This document shows positions 1-13,353 of a DNA stretch of 64,000 nucleotides, one piece after another (the stretch's first letter is position 1; each line of letters begins with the position of its first letter). The DNA comes from Octopus sinensis (lineage: Eukaryota), in assembly GCF_006345805.1 (NCBI RefSeq), contig NC_043019.1, forward strand, positions 25,667,360-25,731,359. Direction: 5' to 3'. Under the pieces are notes generated by a model. The model saw nothing but the letters and a program-made list of their open reading frames with translations. It was not told the DNA's origin and ran no database searches. Position numbers and translations under genes: made by a program.

Positions 1-350
1 ACGATAACGGTGATGATGATTATGATGACGATGATGATGATGATGACAACGACGATGATGATGATGATGACGGCGACAACGACGATGGTGATGATGAAGA
101 TGATGATGATGACGATGATGATGATAACGACGACGACGACGACGATGATGATGATGATGAAGATGATGATCATGATGATGATAATAATGATGATGATGAT
201 GGTGATGATTACGATGATGATGATAATGACGACGACGACGATGATGATGATGAAGATGACGATCATGATGATGATGATAATAATGATGATGATGTTGATG
301 ATGATGATGACGACGACGACGACGACCACGATGACGATGATGCTGATGAT
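1..350. repeat. Compound (GAT/GAC)n trinucleotide microsatellite
   Basis: Directly visible; explains the poly-M/T ORF 10..369. Confidence 0.97.
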
Positions 351-1068
351 GTGTAAATTCTCTGCGTGACAGAAACCACATAATTTTGATCCGTCACTAA
401 ATAAGCCACACCGTATTTAACACTACTCAATGTTTTGCTAATATGCTAGCTCTTCTTCGCTCTATTGCAAAGTATGCTTTCTTTATGTTAGGTGGTGATG
501 ACAGAACGATGCCGATACGATGACGAATGCTGATTCTGACGGAGTGGTCCCTTAGCTCTATGTACTTTGTTCGCCTGTTGCTACATCAGACATCACCAGG
601 ATATACCATAATTTCTAGCATTTTTCCTTCTCGGGGGCAAAGACCTCTATCATTTCCTATTCAGACCCAATTCTAAGTGGGGCTAAACACTTTCTCACCC
701 TGGTGTGCAAAGACACGTGAATACATGAACAGGACAACAGCAACAGCAAAAGACAGTTTTTGGCTATAAGGGTGAATGAAATCAGCAGAGTTAATTCCCA
801 TCAATTAAACCTACAAATCGGAGTCGTTAAGACTTTTGAGCTTAGCTTTGCTGAAATTTTGGCACATTCTGTTCTGGATTAAAGCAGACTTCTTAGCTTT
901 ACCATTCTTTAGATTCAGAGAGGTTCGGGAAAGAGAAATCTCTTGATAAATACGAGATTTGCTTTACGTAATTTAAATCTGTCCTGGATAAATTTCTTAT
1001 TTGAAACGAGTCAGGGGTTTTCTCATTCTCTCAAGTGGGATTTTGTTAAGATTTTTCCGGAAACTGAG

Positions 1069-1264
1069 GGCGCAGGCGTGGCTGTGTGGTAAGAAGCTTG
1101 CTTCCCGAGAACCACATGGTTCTGGGTTCAGTCCCACTGCGTGGCACCTTGGGCAAGTGTCTTCTACTATAGCCTCAGGTCTACCAAAGCCTTGTGAGTG
1201 GATTTGTTAGACGGAAACTAAAAGAAGCCCGTCATGTGTATATATGCGTGTATGCGCGTGTGTC

Positions 1265-1304
<40 letters not shown>

Positions 1305-1312
1305 TGTGTGTG

Positions 1313-1351
<39 letters not shown>

Positions 1352-1470
1352 TGTGTGTGTGTGTACATCTTTGAGTGTGTGTTTGTTTCCCATCTACTTG
1401 ATAACCGGTGCTAGGTTGTTTACTTCCCTGTAACTCAACGATCCGACAAAAGAGACAACAGAATAGGTAC
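1069..1470 (+). mobile_element. tRNA-derived SINE, family A (CORE-like box, internal microsatellite), cut by the gap
   Basis: Head gcgtggctgtgtggtaagaagcttgcttccc...gggttcagtcccactgcgtggc, MIR/CORE-like ccttgggcaagt box, internal (TG/AG)n; about ten homologous copies in the window. Resembles the octopus OK/OR SINEs; exact family not verified. Confidence 0.88.
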
Positions 1471-1570
1471 NNNNNNNNNNNNNNNNNNNNNNNNNNNNNN
1501 NNNNNNNNNNNNNNNNNNNNNNNNNNNNNNNNNNNNNNNNNNNNNNNNNNNNNNNNNNNNNNNNNNNNNN
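1471..1570. other. Assembly gap (100 N)
   Basis: Run of N. Confidence 1.
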
Positions 1571-1616
1571 TATACTAATAATAATAATCTAATAATATAA
1601 TAATAATAATAATAAT

Positions 1617-2030
1617 GAGCAATGCATCTATTTTTTAACCCCCAGGAAAACTTCTTCCCCAGCTGGTTAACGACATAGCTTGCGAACTCCTACCATCTAA
1701 CGCTTTGACAGGGCCATTCTTCAGTACTGGACAACTATCCGCAAGAGATGCCAGTCGTTCTCCCTAGCTTGCAATATATAGAAAAAATAAGTGAAATCAG
1801 ATGCTGAATATTCCTCAATTATCCCCAGGAGGACCACAGCAGTGTCATCTTCCCCCTCTCCCTTACTGTTGTATTCTATGTACACTTCGCTTCTATCATT
1901 GTAAAAAGTGTATACTTTTCGTTTTGTTTTTCTTTTTCTTTATTATTCCATTATATGTAAACTTCACCACTTTATGTCTGTCTTTTCATTGTCCCCGTGA
2001 CCCTTCGCCTTCGTGGCAAATAAAAGAAAT
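1617..2030 (+). mobile_element. Probable non-LTR retrotransposon 3' end with (ATT)n tail
   Basis: Ends tgtctgtcttttcattgtcccc...gtggcaaataaaagaaattattatt, resembling the family B SINE tail; no clear ORF. Confidence 0.4.
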
Positions 2031-2051
2031 TATTATTATTATTATTATTAT

Positions 2052-2430
2052 TCTATGTTTGACGTTTGCTTTACATTTGTACAAGCTGGCTCCAAGTCTC
2101 ACCCAGAGACCTCAAGAGACAACCGGTTGGAAGTTCATGTTGTTGTTATGCCTAGTGTGCCATATATTTGGTTTTGTATTTAGTGTTGTACTAGTGAATG
2201 TCTAAAAAACCATACGAAACTTATGCTTGTTTTAAAACTTGAGATTACATAGAAAGTATTTTGCGTAGGATATGAGCAGTTCCCACGAGCATTATCTTTT
2301 GAATTTCTGCCATCTTTGCGTTTCCTGGTATCTGAGTTAGATAGCAATCAGCCACTTTTGCTATCATTCCCAGTGCACCTATGACAACAGGTATTGTTTT
2401 AGTCTTCAGGTTCCACATTTTGCTGATTTC
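2052..2430 (-). mobile_element. R4/Dong-clade non-LTR retrotransposon, 5'-truncated 3' end (RLE C-terminus plus 3' UTR) embedded in (TAA)n
   Basis: EISKMWNLKTKTIPVVIGALG...IQKIMLVGTAHILRKILSM* matches the R4/Dong C-terminal pattern; TAA runs on both sides (2030-2051 and 2431-2498). Confidence 0.85.
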
Positions 2431-2496
<66 letters not shown>

Positions 2497-3429
2497 CATT
2501 GTCAAGAAGCAGAGGCATAAATCACCAAGCACTTTATTATATACTGCCAAGATAAATGATTGTTGAATTATAAAATAAAAACGAGCAGCTTCAGTTAGAA
2601 TTGATTGATCGTTTTTGCAATGGTTTTATTTAAACCCCATAAACCACCAAACATGAAAGAAAGAGAGATTGCTCGAAACAATATGCATTCTTACGTTTGT
2701 ATGGAAGTCTATAAAAAGAGTCCATCTGTGTGTTTGTATATGTGTGTGTGTGTTGTGCGCGTTAGCAGATTACACTCCGTAATGTATGAAGATGTGTGCG
2801 TAAAATTGTGTTTCTGCATGTTCAATGGGTGCGCATGCGTATTTGTGTGTATTTATGTATGTAACTCTATCATTGGCTGTTTGTGTTTAGCGTGTGTGTG
2901 TTTGTGAGTGCGTGTTTATTACCAGGGTACATTTCTTAACGCTTCCAGACCGATTTATATTCGGTTACTAAAAGATTTTATGAAATGAAATAACATTAAA
3001 TTAAATTAAATCTTAAGATAAAAAAAATAGGCAACCCCAAATCAAACCGCTTCAAAACCACACGCACACACAAACTCATACACAAACACTCACATTAACA
3101 CACATCTGAAACAGTAACAATAACAACATCAACAACAACACAACAACAACTGCAAGAACAACCAGAGTAAAATAACACCCGAAAAAGTTTCATCTCCGCA
3201 ACTTAGAAGTCACAACAAACCCAATTAGATTTGAATAGAAATTGCGGAAAATAAAAGCCAAATTTGTCGGTCTTTACATCTCTCTACCTCAATTACTTCC
3301 ATTTTCTTTTCTTTTCCTCCAGTTTTTTTATCATAATTCTTTTTGCTACCCCCCTCTCTCGCTCTCCTACCTTTTTTGTTCGTTTTTCATATCACCTTTT
3401 CCTTCTTCTTATCCTCCTTCTTCCTTTTA

Positions 3430-3671
3430 TTCTGTCATTCTCCCCCTTATTATTTTATGTTATTATTATTAATTATTATTATTATTATTATATTATATAT
3501 AATATATTTATTATTATTATTATTATTATTATTAGTACTATTATTATATTATTTTATTATTATTACTAATTATTATATTATTATTTTATTATTATATTAT
3601 TATTATTACTATTATTATTATATACTTATTATTATTATTATTATTAGTATATTACTATTATATTAAATATA

Positions 3672-3746
<75 letters not shown>

Positions 3747-3750
3747 ATAA

Positions 3751-3781
<31 letters not shown>

Positions 3782-3920
3782 TATTATTATTATTACTATT
3801 ATTACTACTACTACTACTACTACTACTACTACGACTACTACTACTAGTACTACTACTACTACTACACTACTACTACTGCTGCTGCTACTATTATCATCAT
3901 CATTATTATTGTTATTATAT
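3430..3920. repeat. Compound (ATT)n/(ACT)n microsatellite
   Basis: Directly visible. Confidence 0.95.
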
Positions 3921-4262
3921 TTTTTTTTTGCTTTTCTCTTTTTTCCCGCCACTATTCTTTTTCATTACATTTTATTTTATTACTTTGTTAATCCCTATTT
4001 TTCATTCCCTTTTTAATTACCCACTCCTACTTCCTCTTCTCTCCTTTCTCTCTTTCACTCTTTCTGTTTCTTTTTCTCTCCTGTTGGTGGTCCAACAATC
4101 AGGTCACTTAGATTATCGATTTATATCGAACACACTCCAATTTATCATCTTCAAATTTAGTTCAACCATTTTATGCTTTTTCACTCTCTCTCCCCCTCTC
4201 CTCCCCTCGCTCTCCCGCTCCCCCTCTCTCTCTCATTCTTTCTCTCATTCTTTCTCTCTACT

Positions 4263-4400
<138 letters not shown>

Positions 4401-4414
4401 TGTTTTTTATCTTT

Positions 4415-4590
4415 TATCTTTTACTTGTTCCAATTATTGGACATCAACCACGTTGGAGCACAGCTTTGAAGGAGTTTAGTAGAATGCAATTTATAAGCCT
4501 GTTACTTAATGTATCGGTCTTTTGCCGAGCCGGTGGGATACGGGGTCGTAAACAAACCAATACCAGTTGTGAAACAGTCAGGGGGTCTAA
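4415..4590 (-). mobile_element. SINE family A, diverged 3' half
   Basis: Reverse-complement match to the family A tail (ggagcac...tcggtcttttgccga...gtaaacaaacc). Confidence 0.7.
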
Positions 4591-5373
4591 CGCAAACGGA
4601 GAAACATTATATTAATATATAATAGCAATCTTCATATAATAGCAATCTTCATATCCTACTTAACGTAGATGAATAATACTGTGGCATTCGTCACGAAAGA
4701 GCATCTCTTATAGACGTATAGTGCTTGAAAGCACAGAAATATCTGTAGAAAGGTGAAAATTGTCCACCACCGGTGCTACAAGCCTGCGCTCTTTTACAAA
4801 GATGTGGTGACTATGGGTACCTGTTGCAGCAGGTATTAACAGAGTTTAACATCCACGCTAACATCTGACTTCATTCTGTTGTGGAATTTTTCATTAATTG
4901 TTTTGCGTTTGTCGGCAAATACTTTCCATCTTAGCTCGCAATAAATAGGCGTACGTACATACATACATACATACATACATACATACATACATACATACAT
5001 ACATACATACACATACAATTGTTATTTGCACATACTAGAGCGAGGTCTGGAACGATTGTTCATATATATATTCTAACACAATTTGACAGTCAGTTTTCAA
5101 ATATGCTTCTCATTATAGTGTAGGTCATAGAATAACTCATTATTTTACGAAGACAAATTTTTTTCAACCCACTCGGCTCCTTGGCGCAAGGCATTCTGGG
5201 ACACTGGTGTTTCGACACGTTTCTCGTTAGCCAGGGTTCGCCGGAGTTTCGAGCCTACAGAAGTCATTCTCCTCTGATTTAAACTGCAGCGACCAGCATA
5301 TTTTGCGTTTGAATCTGCCTAGACGTGTTCAGAATAAATAAGCGAATAATCGTTATATATTTATATGTTTATG

Positions 5374-5407
<34 letters not shown>

Positions 5408-5414
5408 ACAACAC

Positions 5415-5461
<47 letters not shown>

Positions 5462-5520
5462 ATGTATGTATGTATGTATGTATACATATATGAAGTAAAA
5501 TATATAGATGTATATATATG

Positions 5521-5580
<60 letters not shown>

Positions 5581-5581
5581 C

Positions 5582-5614
<33 letters not shown>

Positions 5615-5906
5615 CAGACGCGTGTGTGTGTATCATATTCTCACTTTTATCACTGAATCAATAATGAAGCAAAATTCAATAACTTATCTAAAGTAGTTTA
5701 GATAAGATTCTTTTGACGACCATTTTTTTTTTTCTAAGCAGATGGTCCAAAAGATAAAATCAGGAATACCACATTCCGGAGACAATATTTTGTTTCAACG
5801 ATCGGAGAAACGCATCGATTGTGACCATTCGCTATCTCTCTACAAAATGTATTTGTGTACTGCCTCCACACCTGGAATTTCAAGGAGTAATATTGTAATA
5901 GATAAC

Positions 5907-6325
5907 GAGTGACTCTGTGGTAAGTAGCTTGCTTACCAACCACATTGTTCTGGGTTCAGTCCCACTGTGTGGCACCTTGGGCAAGCGTCTTCTACTATAA
6001 CCTCGGGTTGACCAAAGCCTTGTGAGTGGATTTGGTAGACGGAAACTAAAAGAAGCCCGTCTTATATATGTATATATATGTATATATATGTGTGTGTGTG
6101 TGTGCGTATATGCTTGTGTGTCTGTGTTTGTCCCCCCAACATCGCTTGACAACCGATGCTGGTGTGTTTACGTCCCCGTAACTTAGCGGTTCGGCAAAAG
6201 AGACCGATAGAATAAGTACTAGGCTTACAAAGCATAAGTCCTGGGGTCGATTTGCTCGACTAAAGGCGGTGCTCCAGCATGGCCACAGTCAAAATGATTG
6301 AAACAAGTAAAAAGAGTAAAAGAGA
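5907..6325 (+). mobile_element. SINE family A, full length
   Basis: Head, CORE-like box, internal (TA/TG)n and tail ggcggtgctccagcatggccacagtc...gaaacaagtaaaa. Confidence 0.92.
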
Positions 6326-6694
6326 GTGAGACTCTGCTTTACAGTACCTGTGGCATTAAAAGCGAAAAGTGAGAGTTTAGAGACTTGGTCTACGATAAAT
6401 ATCGCGAAAGAGTTCGCTCCAAAGGCGTTTTGTCGGACGTGTTTACACCGGTGCAAGATTACTCACATTTGCACACCTGTCCAATATTTCTCTATGTCCA
6501 AGCTGCATCCAGATGAAAGTTATTGTTTGCAGATTTTCCCCTCCGCACTAGCATTTTCCTGTTTGTTTCTACCTCTGAAGTCAAAACAAGCCTTTGTTTA
6601 TACACTACATCTGCTTGTTTTGGTTTTTCGTACTGGTCATATGACCCTGAGCTGCTTTTACAGCAGTAGTAGCAGTAGCGGTAGCAGTAGCAGT

Positions 6695-6767
<73 letters not shown>

Positions 6768-6779
6768 TATAAACAATTT

Positions 6780-7010
6780 GGCGGCGAGCAGGCAGAAACG
6801 TTAGCACGACGGGCTAAATACTTAGCAGTATTTCGCCCATCGCTACGTTCTGGGTTCAAATTCCGCCGAGGTTGACTTTGCCTGTCATCCTTTCGGGGTC
6901 GATAAATAAAGTACCAGTTTCGCACTGGGGTCGATATAATCGACTTAATCCCTTTGTCTGTCCTTGTTTGTCCCCTCTATGTTTAGCCCCTTGTGGGTAG
7001 TAAAGAAATA
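6780..7010 (+). mobile_element. tRNA-derived SINE, family B, full length
   Basis: ggcggcgagcaggcagaaacgttagc (A-box-like), gggttcaaattcc (B-box), ggggtcgataaat...gtaccag...ggggtcgatataatcgac core; many copies in the window. Confidence 0.9.
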
Positions 7011-7369
7011 TATATAAACAATTTGGTTGCAAAGGTTCCGTCAACATTACACTGTAATCTCTAACTGACAGAGGCACCGTTTCCTACTTACTCCACGCAC
7101 ACTGCTGTGTCTCACACTTTTTTCCTTCCACCAGACCGCCTCTAGCCGACACTCTTGTTTCTCGCTTCGGTTTTTCATATAATTATAACCCCCATGCCCC
7201 ACAGTATCTCTGCTAAACATCAACCGCAATAAATTCCAAAATATTGGAAATAAAAGGAACATGAACTCTGCCAATCCTCCAAAATCTAACTGATAATTAC
7301 CAAGAAATTTTTACAGGCTTAGCAATTGTCAACTCCCACAATACATACACATACGATATGTCTGCAAAT

Positions 7370-7430
<61 letters not shown>

Positions 7431-8090
7431 CGCGTGTGTGGCACGCGTGCGTGTTGCTGTATGTATGTGTGTTAGTGAGTGTGGTAATTGTATATTATTG
7501 AAACTATCACAGAAGTTATAAACGCAAATTATAAACAGGAAGATATACACATCAAGAAATTTCTAGCTATGATATTATATATTTCATTGAATAAAATTAT
7601 CGACTGCACATCCATCTCTAAATATACCAATATCAAACAATAGACCTATTGTCTTCAGTGAAGATCAAATAAACAGCTATTACATAGCGATGAAGAAAAC
7701 AGTCTCAAAAAGAGGATAATTTTAAACAACAGAAATTATTTCAACTCGCGAGCAAAATTATATTTACTTAAATACAATGATTATTTAAACCTAAGGCGCC
7801 TATATTTACGAGCAAATACATTAAGATCAAAAGAAGAATGGATAATCAACATTCTAAATAACACTGCAACATTAAACAATATGAATCTACCCGGGAAAAT
7901 ACACCGGAAAAACATGAAATGGCAATCGTTCCAGCCAGTATACTTACACTTAAAAGTAACCAATGCTCAATGTAAATTTTCATACAAATATGAATGTAAT
8001 AATCTGCTATACATGGACGACATTTATAAGACGCTTTCCATAAGTCTGTCAAAACACGATTTTTATATAACTTTTGAATATATTTAACAC

Positions 8091-8505
8091 AGGCGCTAGC
8101 GTGGCTGTGTGGTAAGAAGCTTGCTTCCCAGACACATGGTTCCGGATTCAGTCCTACTGTGTGGCACCTTGGCCAAGTGTCTTCTACTGTAGCCTTGGGG
8201 GCCGACCAAAGACTTGTGAGTGGATTTCGTCAGGGGAAACTGAAGAAACCCGTCGTATATCTATAGATATATGTGTGTGCCTTTGTGTCTATGCTTCTTC
8301 CCTCCACCATCGCTTGACAACCGATGTTGGTGTGTATTTACGTCCCCTTTAACTTAGCGGTTCGGCAAAAGAGACCGATAGAATAAGTACTAGGCTTACA
8401 AAGAATAAGTCCTGGGGTCGATTTGTCTGACTAAAAATACACTGTGAGGCGGTATTCCACCATGGCAGCAGCCAAATGACTGAAACACGTAATAGAATAA
8501 AACAA
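8091..8505 (+). mobile_element. SINE family A, full length
   Basis: Same head, core and tail as 5907-6325. Confidence 0.92.
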
Positions 8506-8701
8506 TAAGACACAGATTATACACCCCCACCCACTCCACCACACTCATATATATATGTATGTATATATATATATATATTTATTTATTTATCTATCTCTAC
8601 ACCCTGAAGAGGGATACCAGATCCATTCGATGTTTATATGTAAGTTTGTTTTGTTTATTCTATGTAAGTTTGTTTTGATTATATATATAGTCTTTTATCC
8701 T

Positions 8702-9115
8702 CTTATTCTTTTATTTGTTTCAGTCATTTGACTGCAGCCCTGCCGGAGCACCGACTTTAGTCGAACAAATCGACCCCACGACTTATTTTTTTTAAGCGCA
8801 GTATTTATTCTATCGTTCTGTTTTGCCGAATCGCTAAGTTACAGGGACGTAAATGTACACCTACATCAGTTGTCAAGCGATGGTGGAGAGACAAACACAG
8901 ACACACAAATACATATATACAAGCACCCCCCCCAAATATATATATATATATATGGCGGGCTTCTTTCAGTTTCCGTCTACCAAAGCCACTCACAAGGTTT
9001 CGGTTGGCCCGTAGCTATAGTAGAATACACTTGCTGAAGGCGCTCCGCAGTGGGACTGACCCGGGAACATGTAGTTGGGAAGTAACCTTCTTACCACATA
9101 GCCACTCCTGCGCCT
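8702..9115 (-). mobile_element. SINE family A, full length, inverted relative to 8091-8505
   Basis: Reverse-complement match along its length. Confidence 0.9.
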
Positions 9116-9291
9116 ATCTATATATATTTATACATAACTATTCATCGCCTGAAACTTTTCCTTCTCAGCCTTCTCTCTATACTTACATGTATATTATCTT
9201 TGTAGCAGTTATATATGTTTATTTGCATCATTATTTCTGTATATGTATACATGTATATATACCACACACTCAAAAAAACACACACAAACAA

Positions 9292-9341
<50 letters not shown>

Positions 9342-9342
9342 A

Positions 9343-10065
9343 ATATTGTATAGAGGGCATTATTACACATAAATGCCTCACACTAAGAGGACAAGTCATT
9401 ACTACAAAATTATACTAATCATACCCAAATGCAGTTTTTCAAGCAAGACATTTAAAAAAAATGAATTAGTTCTGTATCACCGTGATTTCACATTCAACTT
9501 TACGTCTTATGATCCTCAGCAGAACTGATTCTGAACACATCATAAATAACTACAACCTTACGTAGCGAAGACGAACAGACAACTGCTCCCTCCGGCCAAG
9601 CACATGGAATGTTATAAATCATAATCCGGTAAATGGCGGGCTTTTTACGAACTGCATGTCGGGTAATGAAAAGTATCTTGTTAAGATCCCTTATTAAGAG
9701 ATTTCCTTAATTGTTAAATTATTCCGAAATACTTTTCATTACCCGACATGCAGTTCGTAAAAAGCCCGCCATTTACCGGATATATGATTTATAAACATTC
9801 CATGTGCTTGGCCGGAGGGAGCAGTTGTCTGTTCGTCTTCGCTACGTAAGGTTGGTAGTTTATTTATGATGTGTTCAGAATCAGTTCTGCTGAGGATCAT
9901 AAGACGTAAGTTGAATGTGAAATCACGGTGATACAGAACTAAATCATTTTTTAAATGTCTTGGCTTTGAAAAACTGCATTTGGGTATGATTAGTATAATT
10001 TGGTAGTAATGACTTTGTCCCTCTTAGTGTGAGGCATATGTGTAATAATGCCCTCTATACAATAT
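9343..10065. repeat. Long inverted repeat: arms 9343-9676 and 9729-10065 with a 52-bp spacer
   Basis: Arms align by eye end to end; differences are almost all 1-2-nt indels in or next to homopolymers. Confidence 0.95.
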
Positions 10066-10859
10066 AGATATAATTAATTTGTTCAAAAGAAAAAAATTAT
10101 TTTCGAATTCTTTTCTTTTTGAGGTTCTCACGCTAGCTGCCTGATAATTTCTTGTTAAGATCCCTATTAAGAGATTATCCTTAATTGTTAAACTTATATA
10201 TATATATATATACATACACAGAGCCACACCCAGATACATATACATATTCATATTCGTATCTGAGTGTGTTTGTGTGTGCGCGTGTGTACGAGTGCGTGTG
10301 TATCTGCGTGTGTAAATGCGAACTGGGTTACGATTTACTCAACAGTATGAGGTGGATAAATAATTCATTTAATTAGAAAGTATGTTACTTTTCTGGCACC
10401 AATGCTTCTAGGTGACATAAATCAGTATTTATTAGGGTACGTATACGTATATATATATGTATTATATATATATATAAATATATCTGTGTGCGTCTGTGTA
10501 CATGTATATGTAAATGTATAGTATATGTATATATATATATATATTTTATAATATATATATATACTATATATAATATATATATATAATATATATATATAAT
10601 ATATATATACGTATATATACAAAGATATATATACATAGATATAATTATATATGTATATATATATATAATAGATATATATATATAAATTGGAAAAAAACTA
10701 TTTTATCAATTCAAATGAACAATTAAATTACACCATCTAGAAAAAAATTACATATAATAGAAATATTAACATAAAATAACAATAACATGTAAGATTAATA
10801 AAAATTGCAAAATAATAATAATAATAATAATAATAACATATATAAATTGTAGAATAATC

Positions 10860-11240
10860 CACTCAACCAGAATTTTGGAAACGACATCCTGTTGTACTTG
10901 GCATTCGCGCTGGAAGCTCCAATGCGAACATTTCAAAGTGTTTGAGTGCCAACCTGAGACCAACAGAACTTCTTGTAACACCTAAGACGGACTGAAAGCA
11001 AGGATTATGGCAGCATTCACCTACTTAAACAAAGAAATCATCCAGAAGAGTTGCAGGGGATGCCGAAATCGGCTAGAGGCCATGATTGAAGCCAATGGCG
11101 ATTTTGTTAAATAAATTTACTCGTTAGCATTCAAGATATTTTTATGTAATTTTGGTAAATATATCTGCCAAAATGAGATGTCAGTGTTATTTTCACATGT
11201 TCGCAATTAGGCGACAATTTAATCATCATACGCTCTATAC
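10860..11240 (+). mobile_element. Tc1/mariner-superfamily element with large internal deletion
   Basis: N-terminal PEFWKRHPVVLGIRAGSSNANISKCLSANLR (HTH-like) joined out of frame at about 10959 to C-terminal TNRTSCNT*DGLKARIMAAFTYLNKEIIQKSCRGCRNRLEAMIEANGDFVK*. Confidence 0.75.
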
Positions 11241-11480
11241 ATACATATATACATACATATATGAAAGAATGGAGTTGAACGACGAATTAACAAAATTCCT
11301 TTATTTTCGAAGGAATGAGGAGTACATTATGCCGCTTTCTCATCAGGAAAAGCAAGGAACTTATGTCAACATCAAAATGCACAAAAAACCTTTAGATGAT
11401 TGCTCACACGGAGCCCATAGCGATATATACATACATATATATTTCCCTATTTCTGTAGGTGTGTATAGATGTATATATAT

Positions 11481-11516
<36 letters not shown>

Positions 11517-11741
11517 AACAAGCTTAGAGAAGAAGAAGAAACGAAACGAAACCAAACGAATCGAATCGAATCGACGCGATGCCTGAATCTTTTTTGTGAC
11601 GTTGGATCTTGAAGCAAATAAGTTATAAATGATAGCGTTTAAATATTAGGCTAGAAACCCATTGGATAGAAATATTTGGATACACTTACACGGACACATA
11701 CCACATACATACATACATACATACATACATACATACATACA

Positions 11742-11803
<62 letters not shown>

Positions 11804-12279
11804 ATCACGCGCACCTGTGTGTGTGAGTCCAGAGATCTGTGTGTAAGTCTGTGTGTAAGTCTGTGTTTTAAAATAGTAGAGCCACATTTATATTTACATT
11901 TGTTTCCAAATAGTTCCTCCATAATAATTCGTTCACATACCCAATGCCGCCATTTATTACATCTTCATCTCTGCTGTTGTTTGTTTGCTATTTATTCCGT
12001 TTCAATATAACTATCATAAAACTGTTAAATTCATCTCCGTTTACGTTTTCTTGTTTTTCCTCTATTATTAGAGCTGGAGTTTTTATTGTTAATATATTTC
12101 GTTAATATTGCTTAAAAATACTTCCAGCTTTGCTTTAGGGTGTAAATGTTTCAAAAATTATCCAGACTTGTTTTACGTCAGTTTTTATCTGTTATGCTGT
12201 TTATGTTACTAAAATAGACGTTATAAACACCAAAAACCAAAACACATACACATACACATACATACATACATACATACAT

Positions 12280-12310
<31 letters not shown>

Positions 12311-12315
12311 TACAT

Positions 12316-12351
<36 letters not shown>

Positions 12352-12600
12352 GCACATATATATATTATATATATATAGAACACACTCACACATGTACGTA
12401 TACACACACGCCAACATATACGTGTGAAAAATAATTATCTTTAGATGAGATTTAACAGTATTACACTGATCTAAATTATTATTTTTCTACAAAATTTAGA
12501 ATGATCTGTCTCGCTTGAATTCTGATTTGAAATAACCCAGAGATTAGCTATAGGAACTTTACCTCATTTGTTTAATTTATGCTCTGCTATGCTCTCTCTT

Positions 12601-12637
<37 letters not shown>

Positions 12638-13353
12638 TAGATATATTTATATAATCTATATATATATATATATATATAATATTATATATATATATAATAT
12701 ATATATATATAGATATATATATATATATATAGTGTATATATTTATAGTCAAGTTTAGTTGACGACTATAATTTTGCAGCACGGATTTTCGTCAGTGAACA
12801 GGTCGCGATTTTAGCGACGAAATATTTTGACAAATTAAACTTAAATGTTGAAGTGAATCGAACGACTTTTGTGTGTTTCTTAAATGGCTTACAAACACCT
12901 TCCATGCTGCAACTGTTTTCGTTTCAGCACACGATCTCAGATCAAATCACTTGTTATGCGAGTACATCTCTATAATTTTCCTTTACGGTATAAAGTTTCA
13001 AACAGCTGTTTTTATTAATTATACACACACACATACACACACACACACACACACCACACACCACACACACACACACACACATATAATACAGATATATATA
13101 TATATATATATAATATATATATGAATGTATGTATGTATGTACACTATCTGTTCTTAACCAATCTCCAAACTATATTGTATTATATAGTATGTCCTTAACG
13201 AAGCGGAATTCACTTTACGAACGTACTCGTACCTGACTTACATCAGCTGATCATAAAACGCATGGCTTTCTACATTCTTAACAGATCTCTGCATAAACTA
13301 TATCATATACGCTGTCTAATCTTAAACATCTACAAACTATATTTTATGTTATA

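Noticed and set aside
4610-4655. 17-bp direct tandem duplication (tataatagcaatcttca twice)
   Set aside because: Ordinary slippage duplication.
4749-4832. Possible 84-nt phase-0 exon KGENCPPPVLQACALLQRCGDYGYLLQQ
   Set aside because: Donor is acceptable but the acceptor lacks a polypyrimidine tract and I recognise no protein.
6467-6574. Minus-strand segment bounded by good AG and GTGAGT sites
   Set aside because: Stops in all three frames; at most a UTR exon, unsupported without RNA data.
8595-8630. CTGAAGAG-ggat...atcc hammerhead-like start
   Set aside because: No GAAA or stem III follows.
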